Positions 25,075-36,669 of a stretch of DNA of 64,000 nucleotides are shown piece after piece. A program made the position numbers and the translations under genes. The notes beneath the pieces were generated by a model, which was given only the letters and a program-made list of their open reading frames with translations, was not told where the DNA came from and searched no databases. The DNA is taken from NCBI RefSeq assembly GCF_963921235.1, contig NC_086097.1:140370001-140434000 (forward strand), read 5' to 3'. The DNA comes from Mobula hypostoma. Taxonomy: Eukaryota. Each line of letters starts with the position of its first letter. The stretch's first letter is position 1.

Positions 25075-27535
25075 AACCATAACACATAGGAGCACTCTAT
25101 CATGGCTGATCCTGGATCCCAATCAACCCCATACATCTGCCTTCTCACCATATCCTTCGATGTCCTGACCGATCAGGAAACGATTAACTTCCGCCTTAAA
25201 CATATGCAGGCACTTGGCCTCCACCGGAGTCTGTGGCAGAGCATTCCGCAGAGTTACGACTCTCTGGCTAAAAAATTCCTTCTTACCTCTGTTCTAAAGG
25301 GTTGCCCCTCAATTTTGAGGTTGTGCCCTCTAATTTTGGACACCCCCACCATAGGAAATATCCTCTCCACATCCACCCTATCTAGTCCTTCAACATTCGG
25401 TAAGTTTCAATGAGATCCCCACACATTCTTCTAAATTCCAGTGAGTCCAGGCCCAAAGCTGCCAAATGCTCTTCATATGTTAACCCCTTCATTCCTGGAA
25501 TCATCCTTGTGAACCTCCTCTGGACTCTCTCCAATGATAACACATCCTTTCTGAGATATGGGGCCCAAAACTGTTGATAATACTCCAAGTGCGGCCTGAC
25601 TAGTGTCTTACAAAGGCTCAGCATTATTCCCTTGCTTTCATATTCTGCATTTGCCTTCTTTACTACAGACTCAACCGTCTGGGAGTCTTGCGTGAGGTCT
25701 CCCAAGTCTCTCTGCACTACTACTGTTCCTTTCCATTACCATACATTTCCCAACACTGTATTCCATCGGCCACCTTATTTCCCCATTCTTCCAATTGGTC
25801 TAAATCCTGCTGTAATTGCATTGCGTCCTCAGCACTACCTACCCCTCCAGCTATCTTTGTATCATCTGTAAACTTTGCCACAAAGCCATCAATTCCATTA
25901 TCAAAATCATTGGCAAACAACGTGAAAAGCAGCAGTCCCAATACTGACCCAAGGAACACCACTAGTCACTGGCAGCCAACCAGAAAAAGTCCTTTTTATT
26001 CCCACTTGCTGCCTCCTGCCTGTCAGCCACTCTGCTACCCATGCCAATATCTTTCCTGTAACACCAAAGGATTTTATCTTGTTAAGCAGCCTCATGTGTA
26101 GCACCTTATCAAACGCCTTCTGAAAATCCAAGTAAATAACATCCACTGCCTCTCCTTTATCCACCCTGCTTGTTGCTTCCCCGAAGAACTCTAACAGATT
26201 TGTCAGGCAAGTTTTCCCTTGAAAGAAACTATACTGACTTTGAATCATTTTATCATGAATCTCCAAGTACATCAAAGCCTCATCCTTAATAATAGACTGA
26301 ACACTTCCCCAACCCCTGAGGTTAGGCTAACTGGCCTACAATTTCCAAACAAGAGAAAATCTGCAGATGCTGGAAATCTGAGCAACACACACAAAATGTT
26401 GGTGGAACTCAGCAGTCCACACAGCATCTACGGAAAAAAATACAGCTGCTGTTTCCGGCTGAAACAACTGTCCTTTTTACCATAGATGCTGCTTGGCCTG
26501 CTGAGTTCCTCCAGCATTTTGTGTGTGTGTGGCCTACAAGTTCCTTTCTTTTGCCTTCCTCCAAAGAGTGGAGTGATAGTTGCAATCTTCCAGTCCTCCA
26601 GGACCATGCCAGGATCAAGTGATTCTTGAAAGATCATGACCAATTCATCCATTATCTCTTCAGCAACCACTCTCAGGACTCTCAGATGTAGTCATTCTGG
26701 CCCAGGTGACTTATCCACCTGAAAACCTTTCAGCTTGCCTGGCACTTCTTCCTTTGTAAAAGCAATGGCACTTACTCTTGCTCCCTGACACTTACAAACC
26801 TCTGGTACACTGCTAGTGTCTTCCACAGTGAAGACAGATGCAAAGTAACCATTAAGTTCATATGCCATTACTTTGTTCCCCATTACTACCTCACCAGCAT
26901 CATTTTCCAGTCATCCAATATCAATAACCTCCCTTTTCCTCTTTATATAACTGAAAAAAACATTTGTTATCCTGCATTATATTATTGGCTAGTCTGCCCT
27001 TGTATTTCATCTTTCCCCTTCTTATAGCTTTGTTTTTTAGTTGCCTTTTGCTGGATTTTAAACGCTTTCCAATCATCCAACTTCCCACTCACTTTTGCTA
27101 CCTTATATACCCTTTCCTTGGCTTTTATGCAGTCCTCAACTTCCTTTGTCAGTCATGGTTGCCTACCCTTACCATTTGAGAACTTCTTCCTCTGTGGGAC
27201 ATACCTATCCTGCGCCTTTTGAACTATTCCCAAAAACTTCAGCCAGCTCTGCTCTGCCATCATCCCTGCCAGTAACCTCCTCCAATCCACCTGGGCAAGC
27301 TCCTCTCTCATGACTCTGTAACTCCCTTTATTCCATTGTGATACTGATACATGTGAGTTATGCTTTTCCCTCTCAGATTGCAGTATGAATTCAATCATAT
27401 TATGATCACTGCCTTCTAAAGGTTCCTTTACATTAAACTCCCTAATAAGATCTGGGTTATTATACAACACCGAATCTAAGATAATCTTTCCCCGAGTAGG
27501 CTCAAGTACAAGCTGCTCTAAAAAGCCATCTTGTA
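25075..27535 (-). mobile_element. Older CR1-type LINE with deletions and frameshifts
   Basis: Fragmented ORFs 25382-25717, 25720-25962, 25907-26275, 26692-26883 and 27153-27470 carry CR1 RT/endonuclease motifs (YLDFQKAFDKV, KFTDDTKI, SDHNMIEF). Confidence 0.9.
26347..26530. mobile_element. Penelope-derived fold-back insert inside a CR1
   Basis: Inverted arms flanked by GGCCTACAA(T/G)TTCC at 26333-26346 and 26531-26544. Confidence 0.8.
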
Positions 27536-27710
27536 TAACTGTAGAGAAAAAAATTGAACGTCAAAATTCAGTGGAGTGTGACTGTTTCAGTTGTTGGCCC
27601 TTGTCTAGTCATGATTTATATAAAAGGACAGAGTAGAATCTTTACCTCTTCTGTAATTTCCAAACTAACAGTCTGGTTACTCATGATTTCCTTTTCATTC
27701 ATACAAGGAA

Positions 27711-27910
27711 TGGCTCAGCAGTGCAGCAGGTAGTGCTGTTGACTCATAGCTTCAGTGACCTGGGTTCAATCCTAAGATACTGGTACTGTCCGTGGAATTT
27801 GCATGTGCTTCTTGTGAGCACATGGGCTTCCCCTGGTGCACCCATTTCCACGCACATCTCAAGGCCATCAAACTGCTAGTGGTAGGTTAGTTGGCTGCTG
27901 CAAATTATGG
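27711..27910 (+). mobile_element. HE1-like tRNA-derived V-SINE (degenerate)
   Basis: tRNA-like head with B-box-like gggttcaatcc, followed by a V-domain-like ggaatttgcatgtgcttcttgtg...gggcttcccctggtgc. Confidence 0.65.
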
Positions 27911-28691
27911 ACTGGACTATAGTACACTTGGACTCTTCCAGTTTTATATTTTTATATCCTGTGGTTTTGCCCATTCTTTTGTTTGCCCACTTGTGTGATT
28001 TGTCTGTTTTTTTTTGCACGTGGGGGATGGGTGATGTTCTCGTTGCCATTTGCGTGATGTCTTTTGCACAAGAGGAGTTTGATGTTCTCGTTGCTGTCAG
28101 CACGATTTGTTTTTTTTTGCATGGAGGACAGTCAGATGATTTTCTTTGAATCGCTTCCATGGTTTTCTTTGTTTTGTGGCTGTCTGGTGAAGATGAATCT
28201 CAGAGTTGTATACTACATACATACTTTGATAATAAATGATCCTTGAACCTAGTGTATAAGTGAGTGGGGATCAGGAAAAAGTTAGGGGAATAGGTTACCA
28301 GACATCCCACCCTGCAAAAACTCATTTCAGGGAGGTAGCACCTCCCCCCCAACCCCGGTCGACCTCCAAGGGTGTACGTAATACTTTGTTTAGTGATTTT
28401 GTCTAATCTGTAAACCAAGTTGGGTATATGCAGCAAATGTGACATTAAAATATGTACTTATATATTATCATGTTTATTCTATTACAACTTTAAGCAAGTC
28501 TACAGGGAGTTTGGCCTCATCACTTAGGACATCAATAGCGTAACTCCTTGTCAGTTAGCCAGCTAGTTTAAATCAGGGGCCCCCAAACTTTTTTGCAGCG
28601 CGGACCGGTTTAATATTGACAATATTCTTGCGGACCGGCCGACCCGGGGTGGGGGTGGTGTTAAACGCGACTGGAATATAGGTGATAAGTC

Positions 28692-28866
28692 ACCCCTCCC
28701 CCTTTCAAATCTCTTACTAGCTCTTACTTCAGTTAGTCCTGACGAAGGGTCTCGGCCTGAAACGTCAACTGTACCTCTTCCTAGAGATGCTGCCTGGCCT
28801 GCTGTGTTCACCAGCAACTTTGATGTGTGTTGCTTGAATTGCCAGCATCTGCAGAATTCCTCATGT
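28692..28866 (+). mobile_element. Penelope-like pseudo-LTR fragment
   Basis: Same family as 45900-46030; it contains the best-preserved hammerhead motif in the window. Confidence 0.8.
28734..28771 (+). ncRNA. Minimal type I hammerhead ribozyme motif (Penelope-associated)
   Basis: tagtc-CTGACGA-agg gtctcgg cct-GAAA-c gtc-aactg shows intact core boxes, stem II, the ACGT palindromic mini stem III and a GUC site. Stem I has one mismatch. Confidence 0.7.
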
Positions 28867-28990
28867 ACAAGTCATTTGTAAGTGGCTAATACACTCAATT
28901 TCATTTCTAAAGGGGTTTATCTAACGAATTTAATATTAAACACACAGCGTATATTTTCCTTGCATGAATGTAGTGATAAGTCAATTATAA

Positions 28991-29247
28991 CAGTGGTCCC
29001 AAACTTCTGGGCCGCGAAGAATATAGCAGTAGCCAGAATGCACCCAGCACATCTTTAAGAAAAAAGCTGAAATAAACAAGCTAATTGATTAGGTGCCACC
29101 CGGCACGTAAATGTCAGCCCAGATCAGAGGTGATGCAACCAGCACCTAACTAGTTAGCTTGTTTATTTCAGCTTTTTTCTTAAAGACGTGCTGGGTGCGA
29201 TCCGGCCACCACTGTATTCTTTGCAGCCTGGAGGTTGGGGACCACTG
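28991..29247. mobile_element. Palindromic hAT MITE
   Basis: TIRs CAGTGGTCCC and GGGACCACTG, inverted arms of ~100 bp, and an 8-bp TSD AATTATAA / AATTACAA. Confidence 0.85.
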
Positions 29248-29402
29248 AATTACAAGTCACTTATAACTCAATAGCATCATAACATTTTAAGTAACGTTTG
29301 GATATTAAACACACAGCGCATATTTTCCTCATATGAACATATAAAATCATTGCAACACACCAGTATCGCTGAATCAGTGGGAGCCCTTGGCTTGTTTTCC
29401 TG

Positions 29403-30264
29403 TATTACGTACCCCGTAACTGGGTTGCCAAACCAGCAGAAATGGATCACTCGGTTGGAGTCTGGAGTACTAGAACTAAGGAAGTTTTATTAAAGAAACA
29501 AGCAACACAGTGATCGAAAGGATAATAAATGCAACAGTTCAGCGATGATAAACACACATGTGCACAGAATTAAAATAACAGCATCAATCAAGCTCTATCG
29601 TTGTCTAGGGGTAAATGACCAAATTTCAAAGTGACTCAAAGTTCAGTCCAGTTTAGTAGTTCAGTTCGCAGTAATCGTTGCCATGGCGATGGACAACGTG
29701 GGGGAAGAGAGAGAGAGAACAGGAACAACCGATCATTCAGCACGGCTTCACTCACAGACCGGCGAGATGGCTCACAAGCAGCTTTTGGGCAGGTCCTTGG
29801 TGATGTCACCTGAGGTCACCGACTGTGACCCCTCCTCCAGATGCGGTCGATCCTCTGCAGTGAACCCGGCACCCAGGCAAGGGCGGACACACACCGGGTT
29901 CCCGCTGATCGTACTTTTCCACCCTGTGCGTTGTCTGGTACTTCCCACTGACTCGTGAGAAGCGTACCGCTTCCAGGGTCTCGTTACCTCGGGTGGCGTG
30001 TGTCCTGCCTTAGCGAACTGGTCCCTTTTTATCCCCCTGCTGGGGTATCGCCTGTCCATCACTTCAAACAGTTCAAGGTTCAAAGGGGGGAGCCGCTCCA
30101 GACAGCTCTCTCTCTCCCCTGTCCCTTCATTACACATCTCCAGACGCTGCTCCATTGTTCCTTATCTCTCCTTCCCCTGAGGGCAGGTGGCAGACCACTT
30201 GCTGATGTCACTGATGCTAACCCAGGCGAGCAAACATCTTAATTTTATGTGTATTCTCGTCACA
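29403..30264 (-). mobile_element. Solo LTR (Gypsy-like, 4-bp TSD)
   Basis: Minus strand reads TGTGACG...CGTAATA (CA end mutated), with TSD CCTG at 29399-29402 and 30265-30268. A TATA-like GATAAAA (~30030) and AATAAA (~29488) lie on the minus strand. Confidence 0.8.
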
Positions 30265-31869
30265 CCTGCAACAACACAGTCCTATCGAGGGGTGATGGGA
30301 GACAGCGATACTCAAAGGGTGTTCCTTATGTCCAGTCTATTCTGCAATTTAGTTTTCGTTGCATTCATTACAGAAAACTCCACTTCGCAGAAATATGTTG
30401 GAAATGGAAGCAACGTTTTCAGTTCTTTCGTGGCTACCTCAGGATATTCAGCCTTGACTTTGATCCAGAATGCCGGCAGAGATGTTATGTCAAACATACT
30501 TTTCAGCCTGTCGTCATTTGCAAGCTCAAGGAGTTGATCTTTTTCCCCGCGCTGACATGGATTCACTGGGGATATTCACAAATGGATCACGGACCCATTC
30601 CTTCACACACCTTGGGTCACTGATGACCTCGCGTGCATTAAAATTCAACAGTGCATGACAGGGAATGAGGAAAGGTGCAGCTGACTCGTATCGTTTCATA
30701 TCGCCAAATCATACTGTTTCCTCGCGGCCCAGTGGTTGGAGACCACTCTTAGCACGAAGAGAGACCAATCAGGATGCTCGCTCTCCCTCTCCCTCTTAAA
30801 AAAAATCGATTTCCGGGCGGCAGGAGGCCACTATCGATATGCGGGAGACTCCCGGAACTTCCAAGAGAGGTGGGATGTCTGGGTTACTAGGGAATGCTCC
30901 AAGAGTCAACATAATCTCATTGGACAGAATAAACCTTTCTATGGCATACATAAACATAAAAATAAGAAACTGTGACTGTGATAATTCTACATCTGCTTTT
31001 ATTTTTGTATGTGCACAAATGCTCTATAAATTTAGGAGTGTGTGGTAAAGTGACATACAAATCAATGTTCTCATTTGGATCCCTGATACAGCCATAACCA
31101 CCATAGCTGGAGCACCAAGGATGGATACTAAGGCAATGAAAAGAAAACACCATAGCTTTACCGTTTCTGCCAGCTATGGGGAAATGTGAACAAAATTGTG
31201 AGATAGTGTTCTGTTAGAACAGGGAGATGCCAGCTGATTTGACAGAGGGTTAAAATGATTAAGATGATAAGATGGAATAGACAATCCAGTAATTGTGGCA
31301 CAGAAGAAGCAAAGCATGGGAGTCTGTTTCTTCCAGTCTGTCCGGCATGAATTGCAAAGTGGTGCAGGCAATCATTTTCCCCTGGCTGACAGGGAAAGAT
31401 CTGGGTATTCAGAACAAGGCAATGTAAAATTAAAGCCAGGCAATTTCAGGGGTGAAATCAGGAAGCATTTCATGACTAAAAGGACAACAGAAATTTGAAC
31501 TCTCCCCATGCAGATGCAGGGCATTCAATGAGATCCAGACTATGATGTAGATTTTTGTTACACAAAGGCACAGAAAGAATATGCTGATGAAAGGAGCCAA
31601 GCTATTGAGATTCAGAACTCTCTGATGTTAGATCCATTTAAAATCTAAGATCATTAACTGAAGTACTAAGGAAAATAGAACAAAAGGAGATATATGGAGT
31701 TAGGACCAGATCAGCCGCTGTCTCGCATATAGTGGAGCTAAATAATCAATTCCTTTGTTTGGGATTTGCTGTTTCTGGAAGTTTATTGTCCAAAATTGTT
31801 TGCTGTGTTTTCCTTCATTACCAAATTGACCTGACTTTAAAATACTTCGATGGGCATAGTGTATTCTAA

Positions 31870-34105
31870 AATTCAAAGCTCGAAGTAAATTTTATCAAAG
31901 TACATATATGTCATCATATACAACTTGGAAATTCATTTTATTGTGGGCATATTCAGCAAATCTATAGATTCGTAACTATAACAGGATCAATGAAAGATCA
32001 AGCAGAGTGCAGAAGTCAATGAACTGTGAAAATGCAAATATAAATAAATAGCAATAAATAACTGGAACTTGAGATTTTGAGATAAAGAGTCCTTAAAGTG
32101 AGATCATAGGCTGTAAGAACATTTCAATGATGGGGCAAGTGAGTATTGTTATCCCCTTTTATTCAAGAGCCTGATGGTTGAGGGGTAGTAACTGTCCTGG
32201 TGGTGCCAGTCCTGAGGCTCTTGTACCTTCTGCCTGATGGTAGCCAGCGAGAAAAGAGCATGACCTAGGTGGTGGGGATCTTTGATGATGGATGCTACTT
32301 TCCTATGACAGCATTTCATGTAGATGTGCTCAATAGCTGGGAGGGCTTTACCTGTGATGTACTGGGCCAAATCCACTACCTTTTATAGGATTTTCTATTC
32401 AAAGGTATTGGTGGTTCCATACCAGGCTGTGATGCAGCCAGTCAATGTACTCTCAACGACACATCTATAGAAGTTAGTCAAAGTTTCAGATATCATGCTG
32501 CATCTCTGCAGACTGCTAAGGAAGTAGGAGCACTACCTTGCTTTCTTCACAATTGCACTTATCTGCTGGATCCAGGATGGGTCCTCTAAAATAGTAACAC
32601 CAGCCAGGAATTTAAAGTTACTAACCCTCTCCACCTTTGACGAAGACTGGCTCAAGGACCTCTGATTTCCTTCTCCTGAAGTCTATAATCAGCTTCTTGG
32701 TCTTGTTGACAATGAATGAGAGGTTGTTATGACACAGTATGCAAAATTTTCAATCACCCTTCTGTGTGCTGATTCACTACCACCTTTGATTTGGCCTACA
32801 ACAGAGGTGTCCTCAGCAAACTTGAATATGACATTGGAGCTGTGCTTAACCACACATTCAAAGGTGTAAAACGAGTAGAGCAGGGGCTAAACACACAGAC
32901 CTGTGGTGCACCTGTGTTGATGGAGATCGTGGAGGAGATGCTGTTGCCAATCTGGACTGACTGGGGTCTACAAGTAAATCCAGAATTCTATTGCAGAAGG
33001 ATGTATTGAGGCCAAGGTCTTGGAGCTTATTGATTAGTTTTGAGGGGTTGATGGTATTGAGTGCTGAGCTGTAGTCAATAAACAGCATCTTTGCAGGAGA
33101 GCATGGAGCGAACACTCTCTGCTGAACATTGACAGCTCCTCCGTTGAGATCGTTAAGAGCAACAAATTTCTTGGTGTTCACTTGGCAGAGAATCTCACCT
33201 GGTCCCTCAACACCAGCTCCATAGCCAAGAAAGCCCAGCAGCATCTCTACTTTCTGCGAAGGCTGAGAAAAGTCCATCTCCTACCCCCCGCCCCCCAACC
33301 CTCACCACATTCTACAGAGGATGTATCGAGAGCATCCTGAGCAGCTGCATCACTGCGTGGTTTGGGAATTGCACCGTCTCGGATCACAAGACCCTGCAGC
33401 GGATAGTGAGGTCAGCTGAGATCATCAGGGTCTCTCTTCCCGCCATTACAGACATTTACACCACACGCTGCACCTGTAAAGCCAACAGCATCGTGAGGGA
33501 CCCCACGCACCCCTCATACAAACTCTCTCCCTCCTGCCATCTGACAAAAGTTACCGAACCTTTCGGGCTGTCACGACCCTCCTTAATATCCAGAGTCTAG
33601 ACTGACATCATTTATTATTATATTGTAATTTGTCCTCTACTGTGCCTATTGTCTTGTTTATTATTTATTCTACTGCCCTGCACTGTTTTGTGCACTTTAT
33701 GTAGTCCTGTGTAGGTCTGTAGTCTAGCGTAGTTTTTGTGTTGTTTTACATAGTCTAGTGTAGCCTTGTGTTGTCTCACTTAGCCTAGTTAGCTTTGTGT
33801 TGTTTCATGTAACACCAGGGTCCTGGAGGAACGTTGTTTCATTTTTACTGTGTACTGTACCAGCAGCTTATGATCGAAATGACAATAAAAAGTGCCTTGA
33901 CTTGACTTGAAGACATTCCAGGATTGAGTGGAGAGTCAAAGTCATGGCATCTGCTGTGGACTTATTGCTCCGGTAAGCCAATTGGAGCGGATCCAAGTCA
34001 CCTCTCTGGCAGGAGCTGACCAACCTCTCAAAACACTTCATCGCTGTGGATACAAATACAACTGGGTAATTGTCATTGAAGTAAGTCACTACGTTCTTCT
34101 TGGAC
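31870..34105 (-). mobile_element. Older Rex1/Babar-type LINE, interrupted at ~33091-33910
   Basis: ORF pieces 32149-32376, 32858-33090 ([17 protein letters not shown]) and 33868-34224 (MKCFERLV...DPLQ.AYR). Confidence 0.8.
33091..33910 (+). mobile_element. Younger Rex1/Babar-type LINE 3' fragment (same family as 2931-3839)
   Basis: Closely similar to the reverse complement of 2931-3760, with a (cttga)n tail. Confidence 0.85.
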
Positions 34106-34801
34106 ACCAGTTTCATTACTTCACTCATTGTTTTTGTCAAAATAGAATGCTGAATCCCACTTTTCCTGGATGTTGCTTTGTGCTCACTTGGGTTTAACCC
34201 AGAACTGAACATGCACCTGGTCAATCCACAACCAACACAGTCTTCCTCTAGGAAAACTACCAGTCTCCAACCTTACTTCTGGCCTAAAACATTATCATTC
34301 CAAAACATAACTTCTCAAAGAAGGACAAGTACTTTGAATAATCTAAGTTCTTAGAATACATTAACTACATTTCTGAAGTACCTCATTACAAAAGAAACAC
34401 AAGAAGTCCTGTATTAATACAAATGCAAAAAATACAAACGCTGGAAATCTGAGATAAAATGCTGGAAACATTCAGGAGGTCAGGTATACATTATAGAGAG
34501 CCTTTAATCAGAAATGGGTTATACTTTCTGAATGCAGGGAAGGAAGAATGGAAGGTCTGAAAAGGCAGAGGAGAGTGTAAACAAAAGAACTGAATGTGAA
34601 AGGATATAAATGCTAACTAGACATCGGGGTGACTCGTTGGGGCACCTTTGAGAGAAGGGTAGTGCAGTCTGATGTGACCAGAATGAATATTAAATTTTGC
34701 TGAATGCTATTGGTATCGCCTTGCTTTGGAAATTGAAGAAGAAAACCTCAGTTTATTAAAGAAGAACGACACATAGCAAGGCAAATATAGCTCCTCCTCG
34801 T

Positions 34802-35335
34802 TTAGCGAAGGACACTTTTGATGGCATCGTTTCTGGTTGATCTGCCACCCTTGTGCCTCTCGTTGTCATTCTGGAGACATGCAGTCCTTTCATCCGCTGT
34901 CTCTTCATCTCTTCTGCTGTCTATTCTTTGTCTCTGATCTTGGAGACGTGCATTTCTCTGCTTCTTTGTCTCTTCCTCTCTCCTCCTCCTGTGCCTGTTT
35001 TTGTCATTCTGGAGACATGCAGCCCTTTCATCCTCCGTCTCTTCATCTCTTCTGCTGTTTGTTGTTTGTCTCTGATCCTGGAGAAGTGCATTTCTCAGCT
35101 CCTTTGTCTCTTCGTCTCTCCTCCTTCTATGCCAGTTGTTGTCATTTTGGAGACATGCATGCCCCTCCTCCTCTGTCTCTTCTTCTCTCATCTTTTTTGT
35201 CTTGACTCTTTGATCCTGGAGTTGTGCAGCCCTAGCCTCATCCGATTCTTGTTCTCTCCCTCTCCTTGCTGCTTCCCGACGACGTTTGGCGTTATCTGTT
35301 GACCATAATGTCCCCCTTCTCTTTCCACGCGGCAT
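34802..35335 (-). CDS. Helitron-borne 177-aa ORF of six tandem 23-aa STPR-like repeats (expression unknown)
   Basis: ATG at 35335 (MPRGKRR...). Units are ESDEARAAQLQDQRVKTKKMREE / ETEEEGHACLQNDNNWHRRRRDE / ETKELRNALLQDQRQTTNSRRDE / ETEDERAACLQNDKNRHRRRREE / ETKKQRNARLQDQRQRIDSRRDE / ETADERTACLQNDNERHKGGRST. Confidence 0.55.
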   Translation of the reverse strand: MPRGKRRGTLWSTDNAKRRREAARRGREQESDEARAAQLQDQRVKTKKMREEETEEEGHACLQNDNNWHRRRRDEETKELRNALLQDQRQTTNSRRDEETEDERAACLQNDKNRHRRRREEETKKQRNARLQDQRQRIDSRRDEETADERTACLQNDNERHKGGRSTRNDAIKSVLR

Positions 35336-35375
35336 AATTAGGCTGACCATATTTTTTTTTACCCTAATGCTGGAT

Positions 35376-35934
35376 GGGGTGTATGGGGTGTCAGGGAGGG
35401 CTAGCACCTCTGGTGGGGGAACATGTCACGTCCTTTTCAAGTTGGTTAGTCCACCTTTGGTCCCCACCTGGCATTCAGCTCTCACCTGTGGCTCCCTGTG
35501 GCTGTTTGCACGCGACAGTGGCCACACCCTGGGCAACAGCTTCGACAAGCGGGCTAAACCAGGTGAGGGTAGCCAACAGGTCTCAAACCCTCGGTGAGAT
35601 AGGGAGTTGTCTATCGCTGCATGTGAAAACAGACTCCAGCGGATTGAGCAGACAAGACCAATGGAAGGTCCAATAGTCAAGAAGGCAATCTCTGCAAGCG
35701 TCATGGAATGTGTAGAGCAGGACAAGACACAGAAGATATCCTGGTTATCCACTGCGCCTAGTCCCATCTTCAGCAGTCCTGACTCTGTCTTGCCACTGGA
35801 TCCAGATGGGAATTGGGAAGAGAGGGTGAGGCAGATGCTGTGCAACTCTCCCTCACTTAAATCCAAATCACGCGCTAGTCTCGACACCATAATAATGGTG
35901 TTGAGGTTCTTATCGACGACGATGGACGAACACA
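35376..35934 (+). mobile_element. Non-autonomous retroposon (possibly RTE-related) inserted in the Helitron
   Basis: 10-bp TSD AATGCTGGAT at 35366-35375 and 35935-35944, with a short (cga)n-like 3' end. Orientation and family are inferred. Confidence 0.65.
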
Positions 35935-36669
35935 AATGCTGGATAGAAGATATGAAGCAGTAACACCAAAAACTCTAGGATGCTGATTATTCTTGATGAT
36001 GTGGTTGGCGCTCTCCTAAATGGACGTGATATAGTCACTGCTGTCCTTTGATTGCAGCAAAGGGTTTGATGGGTGTCTCGAAGTACGTCATTACAATAAG
36101 ATTTAATTATCTCTTATTGATGGGTCTCAGCTTGATCTGTCCCAAACCTGAACATGCTGATGGTGATTAGCAGAATGTGACCGCTCAAAATAAAGCTGCC
36201 CTGCCCTTTTGCTCCGGTTGGTGTCGCTGCTGTGAGCATTGAGAGTCGCTTCTGAGACTGGCTGTGCGCATGTGTCGCAGTGTCGCATCGCGGCTTCTAT
36301 CATAGCTGACATCGGCTCTCGGGTGAAAGCGGGGCTGTTGATTTTGGCGAGTGAGCAATTTTATACGAATATATAACCCTGAACTTTGCTTGCATTCTGT
36401 AAGTTAGCGCATTTTAAGTTGATTTAGCCAAAAATAGTGCCGCTGTAATGCACCGTTTGCGCTAATTGGAGGTCACAAACAGACAAGCACAGCATGAGAG
36501 TTTTAGTAGTATATAGATAGATAGGGTGAGTCCTGATTAAGGGTTTTGGCCCAAAACAATTGCTTATTCCCCTCCACAGAAGCTACCAGACTGCCAAGTT
36601 CCTCCAGCATTTTATTTGTGCTGCTTTTGGCTTCCAGCATTTGCAGAATCCCTTGTGTTTATGAACTAA

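Larger units (their letters stand above)
28574..30748 (-). mobile_element. hAT-Charlie/Buster-type element (relative of 16601-17776)
   Basis: Left TIR CAGGGGCCCCCAA. ORF 30312-30566 reads DQLLELANDDRLKSMF...EYPEVATKELKTLLPFPTYFCEVEFS...TKTKLQNRLD. Confidence 0.85.
28299..30881 (-). mobile_element. hAT-like element with CAGACATCCCACC TIRs and 6-bp TSD; host of nested insertions
   Basis: CAGACATCCCACC...GGTGGGATGTCTG with TSD GGTTAC at 28293-28298 and 30882-30887. Same family as 38976-39998, in opposite orientation. Confidence 0.85.
34617..36521 (-). mobile_element. Non-autonomous Helitron
   Basis: Minus strand starts A|TCTATCTATATACTACTAAAAC. It ends with an imperfect hairpin CAACGAG-tcac-CCCGATG followed by TCTAG|T. 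It is inserted between A and T with no TSD. Confidence 0.85.

Noticed and set aside
34802..35371. In-frame exonisation of the Helitron STPR ORF into BBS9
   Set aside because: The upstream BBS9 exon ends in phase 0. Splicing to the acceptor-like site at ~35370 reads CAT TAG (immediate stop), not the STPR frame.
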